Source: Mayamaea pseudoterrestris
Taxonomy: Eukaryota
Assembly: GCA_027923505.1 (NCBI GenBank)
Contig: BROI01000032.1
Span: 62,001 to 126,000 of the forward strand
Direction of reading: 5' to 3'
Length of the DNA stretch: 64,000 bases
This document shows, one piece after another, positions 63,996-64,000 of this stretch. Numbering within the stretch: position 1 is the first letter of the stretch; every line of letters starts with the position of its first letter. The notes beneath the pieces are model-generated. The model saw only the letters and a program-made list of their open reading frames with translations, had not been told where the DNA came from and made no database searches. The position numbers and the translations under genes are program-made.

Positions 63996-64000
63996 GATGG

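Overview
Gene-dense eukaryotic nuclear DNA, almost certainly from a diatom (probably pennate). The evidence is two fucoxanthin-chlorophyll light-harvesting genes, a nucleus-encoded PsbU with a bipartite presequence, short GT-AG introns and short intergenic spacers. About 30 protein-coding genes can be supported. I resolved introns by hand for the GT2, VAP, YrdC-like, MAK-like kinase, G6PD, UBE2W, PstS-like, PsbU, both LHC, sulfotransferase-like, Nudix and GH16 genes. No rRNA, tRNA, CRISPR array or intact transposon was seen. The most notable items are: (1) an intronless enzyme with rifamycin-phosphotransferase architecture (bacterial HGT candidate); (2) a UBE2W-type E2 with a signal peptide and a ubiquitin-tail-like LRGG in its long leader; (3) a PDZ-RGS-RGS-DENN protein; (4) a strongly CpG-depleted ~0.8 kb island containing a 173-bp tandem duplication; (5) two proteins sharing an RVxF...LTLDW module, one with five RRHGS repeats; (6) a recurrent intergenic palindrome, TACCGGTA. 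All family assignments come from motif recognition by eye; no database search was run.
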